This document shows positions 46,796 through 57,139 of a stretch of DNA of 64,000 bases, in pieces. Numbering within the stretch: the first letter of the stretch is position 1; every line of letters starts with the position of its first letter. The position numbers and the translations under genes were made by a program. This DNA comes from Candidatus Poriferihabitaceae bacterium (GTDB taxonomy: Bacteria; Pseudomonadota; Gammaproteobacteria; Arenicellales; Poriferihabitantaceae): NCBI GenBank assembly GCA_965249835.1, contig CBDFMY010000003.1, positions 1,249,979 through 1,313,978 on the forward strand, in the 5' to 3' direction. The notes under the pieces were generated by a model. The model saw nothing but the letters and a program-made list of their open reading frames with translations. It had not been told where the DNA came from and did no database searches.

Positions 46796-48493
46796 ATGGA
46801 AATCCAGCGGATGATCTTGTTCGGTGCCCTCGGCCTGGTGCTGATTATGCTCTGGCAGTCGTGGGTGGAATTTCAGCAGCAAACCACCGCCGCCAACGAC
46901 CCGGCCGCGGGTTCCGGTTTGAACCAGCGCACCGAAGTTGCCGGCACCGCTTCCGGTTCCCGAGTTGGTGATGTTCCCGAAGCCCCGGCATTGTCGGTGC
47001 CATCTGCGAATACCGACCCAACCATCGAAGCGGTCGCCACGCAGGTTTCGGCTACCGATGGCCGGTTGATCAACGTCGCTACCGATTTGATGCGCGTCCA
47101 GATTGATCCACGTGGTGGCGATCTGGTACGGGTGGAATTGCTGCGTCATCCGGTGAGCGTTGATCGGCCGGATGAACCGTTCGTATTAATGCACCGCGAT
47201 GACGGCGGCTTGTTTATCGCCCAGAGCGGACTCATCGGCGCCGACCGTAAGTATCCAGACCACGGCGTGACCTATTCGGTTTCCGCTTTGGATTACGACC
47301 TCGGCGACCACGAGCAAATGGAAGTCGTCCTTGACTGGCGTGCGCCGGACGGAGTCGCCTATCAAAAAGTATTCCACTTCCGGCGCAACGCCTACCGCAT
47401 CGAAGTGGACTTCCGCGTAGACAACCAAAGCCCCGAGCCGTGGACTGGTTTTGTGTATGGCCAGTTGAAGCAGACCGAAATCGTTCAGCAAGGTTCCATG
47501 GGTTTTCTTGGCCGTCTGCCAAGTTATAACGGCGCGGCGGTCTACACCGCCGAAGACAACTACGAAAAAATTACCTACGACGACATGCGCGAGGAACCGC
47601 TTAATCTTTCCACCGAATCCGGCTGGGTTTCCATGATGCAACATTACTTCGTGGCGGCGTGGTTGCCCTCCGACTCCGAGCGCTATCAATTTTTCTCCGG
47701 TGTTGCCGATACCGCATCCAATCCCCAATATCGCATCGGTTATAAAACCACGCAACCGGTGCGAATCGGCGGCGGCGAGGAAGGCGTAATTCGCACGGTG
47801 TTGTTCGTTGGACCCAAAGAGCAAAAACGCCTGAGCCAACAGCAAGCCGAAGGGTTGCTCCTGGCGGTGGACTACGGCTGGCTGACGCCCATCGCCGACC
47901 CGTTGTTCTGGCTGCTGAGCAAAATTCATGACGTGGTCGGCAACTGGGGCTGGGCGATCATTTTGCTGACCCTGCTGGTCAAGGCGGTTTTCTATCCGCT
48001 GTCCGCCACCAGTTACAAGTCCATGGCGAAAATGAAAAAACTGCAGCCGCGTTTGAAAACCCTCAAGGAGCGTTACGGCGACGACAAGCAGAAGTTCCAG
48101 CAAGAAATGATGAAGTTGTATAAAGCCGAAAAGGTAAATCCGGCCGGCGGCTGCTTGCCGATTCTGGTGCAGATTCCGGTGTTCATCGCGTTGTATTGGG
48201 TGCTGCTCGAGAGCGTGGAATTGCGTCAGGCGGACTTCATGTTCTGGCTAAAAGATTTGTCCATACCCGACCCGTATTTTGTCCTGCCGTTGATCATGGG
48301 CGCCTCAATGCTGGCGCAATACTTTCTCAACCCGGCACCGGTAGACCCGCTGCAAAAGAAAATCATGATGGCCATGCCCATCGTTTTCACGGTGTTCTTC
48401 CTGTGGTTTCCCGCCGGGCTGGTGTTGTATTGGGTGGTGAACAATCTGCTTTCCATTACGCAGCAATATTATATTTCCAGAAAATACACTTGA
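46796..48493 (+). CDS. yidC: Membrane protein insertase YidC
   Basis: MEIQRMILFGALGLVLIMLWQSW start; C-terminal KMKKLQPRLKTLKERYGDDKQKFQQEMMKLYKAEKVNPAGGCLP. An alternative ATG is at 46787. Confidence 0.9.
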   Translation: MEIQRMILFGALGLVLIMLWQSWVEFQQQTTAANDPAAGSGLNQRTEVAGTASGSRVGDVPEAPALSVPSANTDPTIEAVATQVSATDGRLINVATDLMRVQIDPRGGDLVRVELLRHPVSVDRPDEPFVLMHRDDGGLFIAQSGLIGADRKYPDHGVTYSVSALDYDLGDHEQMEVVLDWRAPDGVAYQKVFHFRRNAYRIEVDFRVDNQSPEPWTGFVYGQLKQTEIVQQGSMGFLGRLPSYNGAAVYTAEDNYEKITYDDMREEPLNLSTESGWVSMMQHYFVAAWLPSDSERYQFFSGVADTASNPQYRIGYKTTQPVRIGGGEEGVIRTVLFVGPKEQKRLSQQQAEGLLLAVDYGWLTPIADPLFWLLSKIHDVVGNWGWAIILLTLLVKAVFYPLSATSYKSMAKMKKLQPRLKTLKERYGDDKQKFQQEMMKLYKAEKVNPAGGCLPILVQIPVFIALYWVLLESVELRQADFMFWLKDLSIPDPYFVLPLIMGASMLAQYFLNPAPVDPLQKKIMMAMPIVFTVFFLWFPAGLVLYWVVNNLLSITQQYYISRKYT

Positions 48494-48604
48494 GCTTGTC
48501 TTTTCGTCGCCATGCTTCGTCGCGTTGTTGCTTATCCGCTTAATGTAGGCGCGCGTCACCGCTCCTCGCGCGCCTTGCCTAACGAAACATATGCGGCGCG
48601 CAAT
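48494..48604. repeat. Intergenic repeat (L-like plus module B), starts at the yidC stop
   Basis: gcttgtcttttcgtcgccatgc...cttatccgcttaatgtaggcgcgcgtcaccgctcctcgcgcgccttgcctaacgaaa parallels 14040-14147. Confidence 0.8.
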
Positions 48605-48673
48605 GTTTGTCCGGATTGTCCGGTCAACCCGGATTAATGACGAGTGGAGAGAAATCACCTGAGTGCAATGGGA

Positions 48674-50023
48674 ATGAATGTATCTGACGACATCGTGGCT
48701 GTGGCAACGCCGCCGGGGCGGGGCGCCATCAGTATCGTGCGACTGACCGGCTCCGGTATTCCGGCGTTGTGCAACACACTAACCGGCGCATTGCCCGAAC
48801 CGCGTTACGCCGCATTGTGCGACTTTGTTGCGGCGGACGGCACCGCCATTGACCGCGGACTCGTGCTTTATTTCCCCGCGCCGCACAGTTACACCGGCGA
48901 ACACGCGTTGGAACTGCACGGCCACGGCAGCCCGGTGGTAATGAAAATGTTGCTTCGCCGGTGCCTCGAATTGGGCGCACGGCTGGCGCGCCCCGGCGAA
49001 TTCAGCGAACGCGCATTTTTGAATGGCCGCCTCGACTTGACGCAAGCCGAAGCCGTCGCCGACTTGATCGCCGGAGGCACCGAATCCGCCGCACGCTCGG
49101 CCATGAACTCGTTGCAGGGCGCATTCTCATCCCGCATTGATGAACTGGTGGTTGACCTCACCGAACTGCGGATACTGGTGGAAGCGGCCATCGACTTCCC
49201 CGAAGAAAGCGTGGACCACGCCAAAGACGCCTTTGCCGACGAGCGCATCCACGAACGCCTTAATCGATTGCGAAAACGTTTCGACGAATTGCGCGCATCC
49301 GCCCACCGCGGGAAACTCCTGCGAGACGGACTCAAAGTTGTGCTCACCGGGCCACCCAATGCCGGCAAGTCCAGTATCTTGAACGCGCTGTCCCAACAAC
49401 AACGCGCCATCGTCAGCACCATTCCCGGCACCACCCGCGACTTGCTGGAACAGGTCATCGAAATAGACGGCTTGCCTTTGGAAATTACCGACACCGCCGG
49501 CATCCGCGACAGCACCGATGAAATCGAAATTGAAGGCGTGCGCCGTGCGCGTGATGCACAACGGCGTGCGGATTTAATTTTGCTGGTGATTGACGACTCC
49601 GCTACCACCGAACAGGAAGCGGCGCAGTTGTTGCAACAAACTAGCGGCGGCGCGTGCGTTTGTTTGGTGCGCAATAAAATCGACCTGAGCGGACGAAGCG
49701 CGGGTGCCGACGAGCACGGCGTAGCGTTGTCGGCGCTTAGCGGCGAGGGCATGAACGAACTGGCCGAGCGGATCAAACATCACGCCGGATTTCGCCACAG
49801 CGAAGATAGCCCGTTCATCGCCCGCCAACGCCATCTCGACGCCTTGCAACGCGCCACCGCCAGTTTGGAGGCCGGCATCAAGCAATTCACCGCTCATCAC
49901 GCCGGCGAACTCCTCGCCGAAGAACTCGGCGCCTGCCAACGCGTCCTCGGAGAAATCACCGGCACCGTCACCAGCGACGACTTGCTCGGTTTGATATTTG
50001 CTTCGTTTTGTATTGGCAAATAA
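48674..50023 (+). CDS. mnmE: tRNA uridine-5-carboxymethylaminomethyl modification GTPase MnmE
   Basis: DIVAVATPPGRGAISIVRLTG, G-domain GPPNAGKSSILN / DTAGIR, C-terminal FCIGK. Confidence 0.9.
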   Translation: MNVSDDIVAVATPPGRGAISIVRLTGSGIPALCNTLTGALPEPRYAALCDFVAADGTAIDRGLVLYFPAPHSYTGEHALELHGHGSPVVMKMLLRRCLELGARLARPGEFSERAFLNGRLDLTQAEAVADLIAGGTESAARSAMNSLQGAFSSRIDELVVDLTELRILVEAAIDFPEESVDHAKDAFADERIHERLNRLRKRFDELRASAHRGKLLRDGLKVVLTGPPNAGKSSILNALSQQQRAIVSTIPGTTRDLLEQVIEIDGLPLEITDTAGIRDSTDEIEIEGVRRARDAQRRADLILLVIDDSATTEQEAAQLLQQTSGGACVCLVRNKIDLSGRSAGADEHGVALSALSGEGMNELAERIKHHAGFRHSEDSPFIARQRHLDALQRATASLEAGIKQFTAHHAGELLAEELGACQRVLGEITGTVTSDDLLGLIFASFCIGK

Positions 50024-50106
50024 ACAAATTCCTCGGCAGTTGCGGCTATAATCCCCCCCCCGACCATCACCTTTATATTTCTGCCCGCCCGGCAGTCTTA
50101 TCCGAA

Positions 50107-51063
50107 ATGACCATGCCCACCGCCACTGAAGCCGCCACTGAAGCCGCCACCGAAACCAATCGGCAACCCGAAGCCAGCCCCCAGCATCGTTACACCCGCA
50201 ACATACTCGTGCAGATGCTGGCGGTGTTCTTGTTGCTGTTGGGCGTAATCGTCTGGCAGTGGGATGTGGTGCAGCAGATTTATCTGAAAAATCAGATCAA
50301 CGCCATCGGCTGGATCATCAACGGCGGCATCGTGCTGCTGTTTCTGTTCGGGTTGGCGGTATTGGTGTGGCGTTTTTTCGAATACCGCGATCAGGAACTT
50401 GCCATCGCCCGCTTTTTGCGGAACATAGAACAAGGTCGGGATCCATTGCTGGAAGTGAACCCGAATTGCATGCTTGCCGAGCGTTATCACACCTTGCACG
50501 AACTCAGTCGGCGGCACACCGACATCAACCAGAACGCGCTGGCGGCGACCCTGCTGGCATCGGAATCCAGCCGCAACAGTTTCCCGAAGTTTGTTCATAA
50601 TGTGCTGATACTCACCGGCGTTTTCGGCACCATCATTTCCCTGTCGCTGTCCCTGCTGGGTGCCTCGGAGATGATTCACGGCACCGCGGTGAATGGTCTC
50701 GGCACCATGATCTTCGGCATGTCGACCGCGCTGTCCACCACCATGACCGCGATTCTCGCCTACCTCATCTTCGGCTACTTCTACATCAAACTCACCGACA
50801 CCCAGACCTACCTCATCAGCCGCGTCGAAGAAGTCACCGCCACCATTTTATTGCCGCACCTGCGACTCAACCAGCATGCGGAGAAAGATTCCACCGACAG
50901 CGTGCGCAGTGTCGGCCAGCCGGTCGATGCCATCACTCGAGCGGAACTCGAAGCGATGCTGACGCGCATCGTTGAAGCGCAGCAGCGTTCCGACGAAGAA
51001 AGCCGCGCATTGTTGGCCGATGCGGTTGAGCTGCTTCGCGAAGGTTTCCGCCTGCGCAAATAA
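50107..51063 (+). CDS. MotA/TolQ/ExbB-family proton-channel-like membrane protein
   Basis: Two N-terminal TM helices, a cytoplasmic loop, then ILTGVFGTIISLSLSLLG and GMSTALSTTMTAILAYLIFGYFY, which resemble the ExbB/TolQ/MotA C-terminal TM pair. Start at 50107 (MTMPTATEAATEAATE). Confidence 0.6.
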   Translation: MTMPTATEAATEAATETNRQPEASPQHRYTRNILVQMLAVFLLLLGVIVWQWDVVQQIYLKNQINAIGWIINGGIVLLFLFGLAVLVWRFFEYRDQELAIARFLRNIEQGRDPLLEVNPNCMLAERYHTLHELSRRHTDINQNALAATLLASESSRNSFPKFVHNVLILTGVFGTIISLSLSLLGASEMIHGTAVNGLGTMIFGMSTALSTTMTAILAYLIFGYFYIKLTDTQTYLISRVEEVTATILLPHLRLNQHAEKDSTDSVRSVGQPVDAITRAELEAMLTRIVEAQQRSDEESRALLADAVELLREGFRLRK

Positions 51064-51093
51064 ACTCGAACGAATTTCCACGCCAACCGACCC

Positions 51094-52296
51094 GTGCATC
51101 CCACCGCCAACAACGGATTCATCGATTTGCGCGTGGGCCACGGCGCGCGCGGAATCGGCGACGACAGCGTGTGGCCGTCGTTCACCGACATCATGACGGT
51201 GATCGTGATGATATTCCTGATGGCGTTCGTGATCATGATGATGCGCAACTTTGAACTAGACCGCCAATTGACCACCACCGAAATTTCCCGCGAAGCCGGC
51301 CTCGCGGCCAATCGCGGTTTGCTGGATAAAATCCACGCCCTTGAAGCCCAAACCAAGGGCCTTCAACAGTCCCTCGGCATCAGCCAGGGCGAGCGAGACG
51401 CGCTGCAGGCGCAACTGCTGGAAGAATTGAAACGCATCAAGTTGATGGTCGCCGACAACCGCAACCTTGACGAGCAACTCGCCGCCATCATCGTCGAGCG
51501 CAGCCGCTTGTTCGAGGAAAAGCAGCAACAGGCGGAGCAGTCCGGTGCGCGCATCGCCGCGCTGACCGCCAGCGAAGCGGACTTAAGTCAACGCATCAGC
51601 GCAGTGAGCGAGCAGCTCGCCAATCTCGAACTCCGCTCGGCCGGTGAAATCGAAACTTTGAGCACCGCCAACCTGACGCTCACTCAGCAACTCGACCAAG
51701 TGGCAACGCAACTGGAACAGGTTAGAGTGTTATTGCAAACCGAACAGCAACAGCGTCGCGCGCTCGGTCTGCAGATTGAAGTTCAGGAGCGCGAATTGGC
51801 CGAAAAACAGGAATGGCTCACGCAGTTGCAGTCCATGCAAGAGCAATCCACCGAACGCTACGCCGAAGCCCGTGCGCAAATCGACCGCCTCAACCAATCC
51901 ATCCATCGCCGCGAAATCGAAAACGCCGCCTTGCAAGAACTCGCTGATGTGTCCGACCAACGCTTCCATTCGTTGCAGGAAGAATACGACTCATTGGACG
52001 CCGAATACCGAACTCTGGTTCGTCCGGCGCGCAACTCGGCGGGCAAGTATGTGGTGGAAGTGTGGATTCTAAAATCCGGCGACCAATACCACTTTCGCCT
52101 GAAACAACCCGCGCAACCCGCCGCCGTGGATTACGCGGAAGATCACCTGCATCAACGCCTCGCCGCACTCAAAGCGAAGCAGGGGAAAAATCTCTACACC
52201 AAAATAATCATTCCCGAAAACAACTCGCTGTCGCACAACGAAGCATGGCGCATCACCCGGGAAATTTTGCAAGGATATGATTATTATTATCAGTAA
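51094..52296 (+). CDS. MotB/ExbD/TolR-like anchor with conserved Asp, about 250-aa coiled coil and small C-terminal domain
   Basis: [25 protein letters not shown] (Asp-containing TM as in MotB/ExbD/TolR). Residues about 60-300 are heptad-rich and Q/E/L-rich. The C-terminus ([27 protein letters not shown]) is ExbD-like by eye. GTG start. Confidence 0.55.
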   Translation: MHPTANNGFIDLRVGHGARGIGDDSVWPSFTDIMTVIVMIFLMAFVIMMMRNFELDRQLTTTEISREAGLAANRGLLDKIHALEAQTKGLQQSLGISQGERDALQAQLLEELKRIKLMVADNRNLDEQLAAIIVERSRLFEEKQQQAEQSGARIAALTASEADLSQRISAVSEQLANLELRSAGEIETLSTANLTLTQQLDQVATQLEQVRVLLQTEQQQRRALGLQIEVQERELAEKQEWLTQLQSMQEQSTERYAEARAQIDRLNQSIHRREIENAALQELADVSDQRFHSLQEEYDSLDAEYRTLVRPARNSAGKYVVEVWILKSGDQYHFRLKQPAQPAAVDYAEDHLHQRLAALKAKQGKNLYTKIIIPENNSLSHNEAWRITREILQGYDYYYQ

Positions 52297-52349
52297 CGCA
52301 ATCGGCTGAGAGAAAATTCAAACCCGGGCCAAAGCCCAACCCCAAACCC

Positions 52350-54230
52350 ATGAAATACCCCGACCCATTCGCTGTCATCGTCATCGGTGCCGGACACGCC
52401 GGTGTTGAAGCCGCGCTTGCCGCCGCCCGGGTCGGGTGCCGCACTTTGCTGGTTACCCATAACATTGAAACCATCGGGCAAATGTCGTGCAACCCGGCCA
52501 TCGGCGGCATTGGCAAGGGACACATCGTCAAGGAAATAGATGCCATGGGCGGGGTGATGGCGCGTGCCATTGACCAAGCGGGGATTCACTTTCGCACACT
52601 CAATTCGCGCAAAGGTCCGGCGGTACAGGCGACTCGCGCTCAGGCCGATCGGGCGTTGTATAAAATGGCGATTCGGCGGGCGGTGGAGCATCAACCCAAC
52701 CTGACGCTTTTCCAGCAACCGGTGGATGACCTGCTGGTGCATAACGGCCGCGTCACCGGCATCAAAACCCAATTGGGCATTGAGTTCAACGCCGCCACGG
52801 TTGTGCTTACCACCGGGACTTTTTTGCACGGCAAAATTCATGTTGGCTTCAACAGCGACCGCGCCGGTCGTGCCGGCGACCGGTCGTCTTTGGCGTTGGC
52901 GGATCGTCTGCGCGAGATGCCGTTCACCGTGAGTCGTTTGAAAACCGGTACGCCGCCGCGCATAGATGGTCGGACCATCGACTACACCCAACTCGAAGCC
53001 CAGCCGGGCGATCAGCCGCCGCCGCGTTTTTCCTTTCACGGCGATGTGAGTGCGCGTCCGCCGCAGGTGTGTTGCCACATCACCGCCACCAATTCCGACA
53101 CCCACGACCTCATCGTCGCCGCCCTCGACCGCTCGCCCATCTACGGCGGCGTCATCGAAGGCGTGGGACCGCGCTATTGCCCCTCCATCGAAGACAAAGT
53201 CGTGCGCTTCGCCGAGCGCAACAGCCATCAGATTTTTATCGAACCCGAAGGATTGAATACCACCGAAATTTATCCCAACGGCATCTCCACCAGTTTGCCG
53301 TTTGATGTGCAACATCGTTTCGTTCGAACCATTCGTGGATTCGAACGCGCGGTCATCACACGCCCCGGATACGCCATTGAATACGATTTCTTCGACCCGC
53401 GCGGACTCAAGCAAACCCTTGAGACCAAGTGCATCAAAGGTTTGTTTTTCGCCGGCCAGATCAACGGCACCACCGGCTACGAAGAAGCCGCCGGCCAGGG
53501 ACTCATCGCCGGCTTGAACGCCGCGTTGCTCGCGCACGGTCGCGAAGGCTGGTGCCCGGCTCGCAACCAGGCCTACATCGGCGTGATGATTGACGACCTC
53601 ATCACCCACGGCGCCGCCGAGCCTTATCGCATGTTCACCTCGCGCGCCGAATACCGCTTGCAACTGCGCGAAGACAACGCCGACCTGCGCCTGACCGAAA
53701 TCGCCCATCGCCTCGGTCTGGTGGACGACGACCGCAAACGCGCCTTTGACCGGAAACGCGAATCCATCGAAACCGAACGTCAACGCTTGCAGCAAACCCG
53801 GATTCACGCAAAAACGTTCGCCCCCGAACTGGCACACAAACTCCTCGGCCAGCCGCTGCAACGCGACACCAACCTGCTGGATTTGCTACGCCGTCCCGAA
53901 GTTACCTATAAAGACCTCATCGCCCTGGCCCCCGGCGCGCAGCAACTAACCGACCCGCAAGCCATCCGCCAACTCGAAACCGAGGCGCGATACAGCGGTT
54001 ACATCGAACGCCAAACCGCCGAAATTCAGCGACGGGAAAAATATCAAGACTTGCGTCTGCCGGCCGAGACCGATTATCACTCGGTGCGCGGGTTGTCTAC
54101 GGAAGCCCGTCAGAAACTGACCGAAGCCAAACCGCAAACGCTGGGGCAGGCATCGCGAATCCCGGGAGTAACGCCCGCGGCGGTTTCATTGTTGTTGGTG
54201 TATGTGAGAAAAAATCAGCGCGCAGCGTAG
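52350..54230 (+). CDS. mnmG: tRNA uridine 5-carboxymethylaminomethyl modification enzyme MnmG (GidA)
   Basis: [64 protein letters not shown]. Confidence 0.95.
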   Translation: MKYPDPFAVIVIGAGHAGVEAALAAARVGCRTLLVTHNIETIGQMSCNPAIGGIGKGHIVKEIDAMGGVMARAIDQAGIHFRTLNSRKGPAVQATRAQADRALYKMAIRRAVEHQPNLTLFQQPVDDLLVHNGRVTGIKTQLGIEFNAATVVLTTGTFLHGKIHVGFNSDRAGRAGDRSSLALADRLREMPFTVSRLKTGTPPRIDGRTIDYTQLEAQPGDQPPPRFSFHGDVSARPPQVCCHITATNSDTHDLIVAALDRSPIYGGVIEGVGPRYCPSIEDKVVRFAERNSHQIFIEPEGLNTTEIYPNGISTSLPFDVQHRFVRTIRGFERAVITRPGYAIEYDFFDPRGLKQTLETKCIKGLFFAGQINGTTGYEEAAGQGLIAGLNAALLAHGREGWCPARNQAYIGVMIDDLITHGAAEPYRMFTSRAEYRLQLREDNADLRLTEIAHRLGLVDDDRKRAFDRKRESIETERQRLQQTRIHAKTFAPELAHKLLGQPLQRDTNLLDLLRRPEVTYKDLIALAPGAQQLTDPQAIRQLETEARYSGYIERQTAEIQRREKYQDLRLPAETDYHSVRGLSTEARQKLTEAKPQTLGQASRIPGVTPAAVSLLLVYVRKNQRAA

Positions 54231-54950
54231 ATTGCGCTTGCCTATTTTCCGCCATGGTCGTTTTGCTGTGTAGTGTTGCGTTGCGTTGTCGCTTACTTAC
54301 TTAATGTAAGCGCGCTCCACCGCTCCTTGCGCGCCTTGCCTGACAACGAAAATACTGCGCACAATTTTGCGCGTATCATCCCTGATACGCGCCCTTCGGG
54401 CTCGCTTCGCTCGCGCCAATCAATTCATGGTGCTCCCGGCGATTTTTTCTCAATGTGCTTTGGCTTCTCAACGCGCTTTTGTCTTTTCAATTTATTATTG
54501 CCCTTTCATTCGTCATTCTCGCCGGCAGGCAAGTTGTTCTCGCCAAAGGCGAGAACCCAGAACTAAAAAACGATGAGAGTAACTAATACCGTCATAATCC
54601 AAGCCACATCTCCAGACCGTGATTCCTTTTGAGATGCCAAAAGCAACCGAGAAAAAGTTTTAATGTCGTTACGCCTTAGTGCGCTCAAAGCGGCGGCTAA
54701 CGCCGCCACTCTGGATTGCGCGTATCATCCCTGATACGCGCCCTTCGGGCTCGCTTCGCTCGCGCCAATCAATTCATGGCGCTCCCGGCGATTTTTTCTC
54801 AATGTGCTTTGGCTTCTCAACGCGCTTTTGTCTTTTCAATTTACTATTACCTATAATTCGTCATTGTCCGGCTTGTTCCGGGCAATCCAGTTAAAAAACC
54901 CAGCGGCGTTAGCCGCCCGTCACGCAAAGCGCGTTCACGCGCAACCGCAA
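54231..54950. repeat. Large block of the intergenic repeat family (L-B-A-extension, unique core, A-extension-C)
   Basis: Starts at the mnmG stop with ATTGCGCTTGCC. Module B lies at about 54247-54365. The module A plus extension unit occurs twice (54367-54520 and 54716-54870, 349-bp offset). Confidence 0.85.
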
Positions 54951-54953
54951 ACA

Positions 54954-56126
54954 TCATCCTCCGCCAACCACCTCGCCGGTTGCCAACACCCCTTGCAACA
55001 CATCATCCAAAAACAAATACCCGCGCTCGCTGCATCGTATCCTGCCGCTTTCATGCACGACCAGTCCGCGCCCGATGGCATCGTCCAATACCGCCAGCAC
55101 CTCGTCGACATCCCGGCCAGTGCGTGTCGGTATCAGGTCGGTGTCAAAGCCGTCGATCAGGCGCAGGGCGTTCATTAACAATTCAAACCCCACATCCCGG
55201 TTCGCGATTTCTCCGCTCCCACCAACTCCGCACCCGTCCGTCACCGAGGTGAGATAGCGTTGCGGATGTTTGTGTTTCCAGTAGCGCGTGATTGCACCGT
55301 GCCGGGTTATTTTCCCGTGGGCGCCGGCACCGATGCCGAGGTAGTCGCCGAATTGCCAGTAGTTGAGATTGTGCCGACACCGCAGCCCCGCTTTGGCGTG
55401 GGCCGAGACCTCATAGCGTTCATAGCCGTGCTTGCGCGCCAACTCGTGCAGGGCTTCCTGCATTTCCATGAGGCAATCGTGCTCCGGCAGTTTTGGCGGA
55501 TGGCGATGGAACCAGGTGTTGGGTTCAATGGTGAGTTGATAGAGCGACAAATGTGCCGGAGAAAATTCCAGCGCGCCTTCCAAATCGCGGAGTGCCGCCC
55601 GGGTCGTCTGCTGCGGCAAGCCATACATCAAATCAAGATTGAAGTTGACCAACCCGGCATCGACAGCCGCACGAATGGCATTGCGAATTTCTTCGGCGGT
55701 GTGGATGCGTCCGAGTTGCTTGAGATGAGCGTCGTTAAAACTTTGCGCACCCAGCGACAGGCGGTTGACGCCGGCCGCCCGGTAGGCGGCAAAGTCGTCA
55801 TGCTCCACCGCGCCGGGATTGGCTTCCATGGTGATTTCGATGGCTTCGTCAAAGGCGATGCGCGATTGTATTTCGGTCAGCAATCGGGCGATGGCGTTGG
55901 CACCGAACAAACTTGGGGTGCCACCGCCCATGAACACGGAGACCAACTTTCGTTCGCCGCAGGCGTGGGTGGCAAGGTCGTGGTCAAGGTCCCGGATTAA
56001 GGTGGCGATGTAGGTAGGTTGGTCGATGGCACCGCGTTGTTGGTGGGAGTTGAAATCACAGTAGGGGCATTTTTTTACGCACCAGGGGAAATGGATGTAG
56101 AGGGAGAGGGGTGGATGGTTCATCAA
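54954..56126 (-). CDS. hemW: Radical SAM heme chaperone HemW (HemN-like)
   Basis: LSLYIHFPWCVKKCPYCDFNSH (CxxxCxxC), GGGTPSL, HemN_C-like tail. Confidence 0.85.
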   Translation of the reverse strand: MMNHPPLSLYIHFPWCVKKCPYCDFNSHQQRGAIDQPTYIATLIRDLDHDLATHACGERKLVSVFMGGGTPSLFGANAIARLLTEIQSRIAFDEAIEITMEANPGAVEHDDFAAYRAAGVNRLSLGAQSFNDAHLKQLGRIHTAEEIRNAIRAAVDAGLVNFNLDLMYGLPQQTTRAALRDLEGALEFSPAHLSLYQLTIEPNTWFHRHPPKLPEHDCLMEMQEALHELARKHGYERYEVSAHAKAGLRCRHNLNYWQFGDYLGIGAGAHGKITRHGAITRYWKHKHPQRYLTSVTDGCGVGGSGEIANRDVGFELLMNALRLIDGFDTDLIPTRTGRDVDEVLAVLDDAIGRGLVVHESGRIRCSERGYLFLDDVLQGVLATGEVVGGG

Positions 56127-56134
56127 TTATACTT

Positions 56135-56335
56135 GCTCGTTCGCTTGCTTATTTTCCGCCATGCTTTGTTGCGCTACGTTGCGTTGTCGCTTACTTACTT
56201 AATGTAAGCGCGCTCCACCGCTCCTTGCGCGCCTTGCCTGACGAAAAATAATCTGCGCTCGTCGTTCTGGCTCAAAACGCCGGCGGCTAACGCCGCCGCC
56301 CGCATCCTCGCCTGCGGCGAGAATAACGAACAACG
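56135..56335. repeat. Intergenic repeat (L-like plus module B plus GC-rich tail modules)
   Basis: tcgcttgcttattttccgccatgc...cttacttacttaatgtaagcgcgctccaccgctccttgcgcgccttgcctgacgaaaaataatctgcgctc is near-identical to 14090-14147. Confidence 0.8.
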
Positions 56336-56339
56336 AACG

Positions 56340-56966
56340 TTATTCTTTCTCCACCCACCGAATCAACGGCCGCCATTGCTCTACATCCTGATCCACCTGA
56401 TACGGCGACATCTCAAAAATCCCATGCCCGGCGTCGGCGGCGCGGATGTAGTTTTGAACATCGCGCAGGCGGGTGATGAGCGGAATTTTCATCTGGCTCA
56501 AAAATTGTTCAAGGTTATGGAAGATGAGCGTGTTTTCGCGGACGCGATTGGCGATTAAGCCAACCGAGGTGGCGTGCAGAAGATCGTCGAGCATAAGTTG
56601 GCCGATGAAGTGGCCGGCGGCGCGGATGTCAAGAGGCGAAGGCAACACCGGTATGATGACGCGGTCGGCAAATTTGAACAGGCGTTTTAACTGCTGTGTC
56701 GGAATGCGCGCCGGGGAATCCATGACCACCCGCTCAATGTCGGCGGAAAGGCTGGCGTGGCCGCGCTGACCGAGGCTGGCGTTGATGCCATGGATGGGGT
56801 TGAGGTTGGGGCTTCGTTGCTCCAGCCACTCAATGCTGGATTGCTGGGGATCGTAATCCACCAGTGCAACAGGCACTTTCCACAGCGCGTAGTAACTCGC
56901 CAGATTGGTCGCCAGCGTGGATTTTCCGCTGCCGCCTTTGGGATTGACCACTAGAATTGTTTTCAT
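56340..56966 (-). CDS. ParA/MinD-family P-loop ATPase (no adjacent parB)
   Basis: MKTILVVNPKGGSGKSTLATNLA deviant Walker A. GGAGAA lies 7 nt upstream of the ATG at 56966. Confidence 0.75.
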   Translation of the reverse strand: MKTILVVNPKGGSGKSTLATNLASYYALWKVPVALVDYDPQQSSIEWLEQRSPNLNPIHGINASLGQRGHASLSADIERVVMDSPARIPTQQLKRLFKFADRVIIPVLPSPLDIRAAGHFIGQLMLDDLLHATSVGLIANRVRENTLIFHNLEQFLSQMKIPLITRLRDVQNYIRAADAGHGIFEMSPYQVDQDVEQWRPLIRWVEKE

Positions 56967-57139
56967 CGTTTTCTCCGGTTGTGCCGACACCGCCGATATT
57001 TCTCTCACGCCGCCGTTCGGCGTGGCCAGCGTGGCCAATGGGGCTATTCTATACAGCAATATCAGGCAGATTCAAGACAAAAACCCACTACAATAGCCCG
57101 CACCACAATTCTGCCCACTGACCCCTGACCCGAAACCTC

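Noticed and set aside
47186-49776. 305-aa and 295-aa minus-strand ORFs (47186-48103, 48889-49776)
   Set aside because: They are antisense to yidC and mnmE respectively. Compositionally biased shadow ORFs.
52290-53861. 523-aa ORF on the minus strand
   Set aside because: It is antisense to mnmG (unambiguous GidA motifs on +). A shadow ORF with no recognisable motifs.
54273-54894. ORFs 54273-54566 and 54679-54894 (and 58621-58818 on the minus strand) sharing RIIPDTRPSGSLRSRQSIHGAPGDFF
   Set aside because: The shared peptide is simply the translation of repeat module A, which also occurs untranslated and in both orientations. No start context, and the ORFs end at module borders. Treated as repeat DNA, not a gene family.
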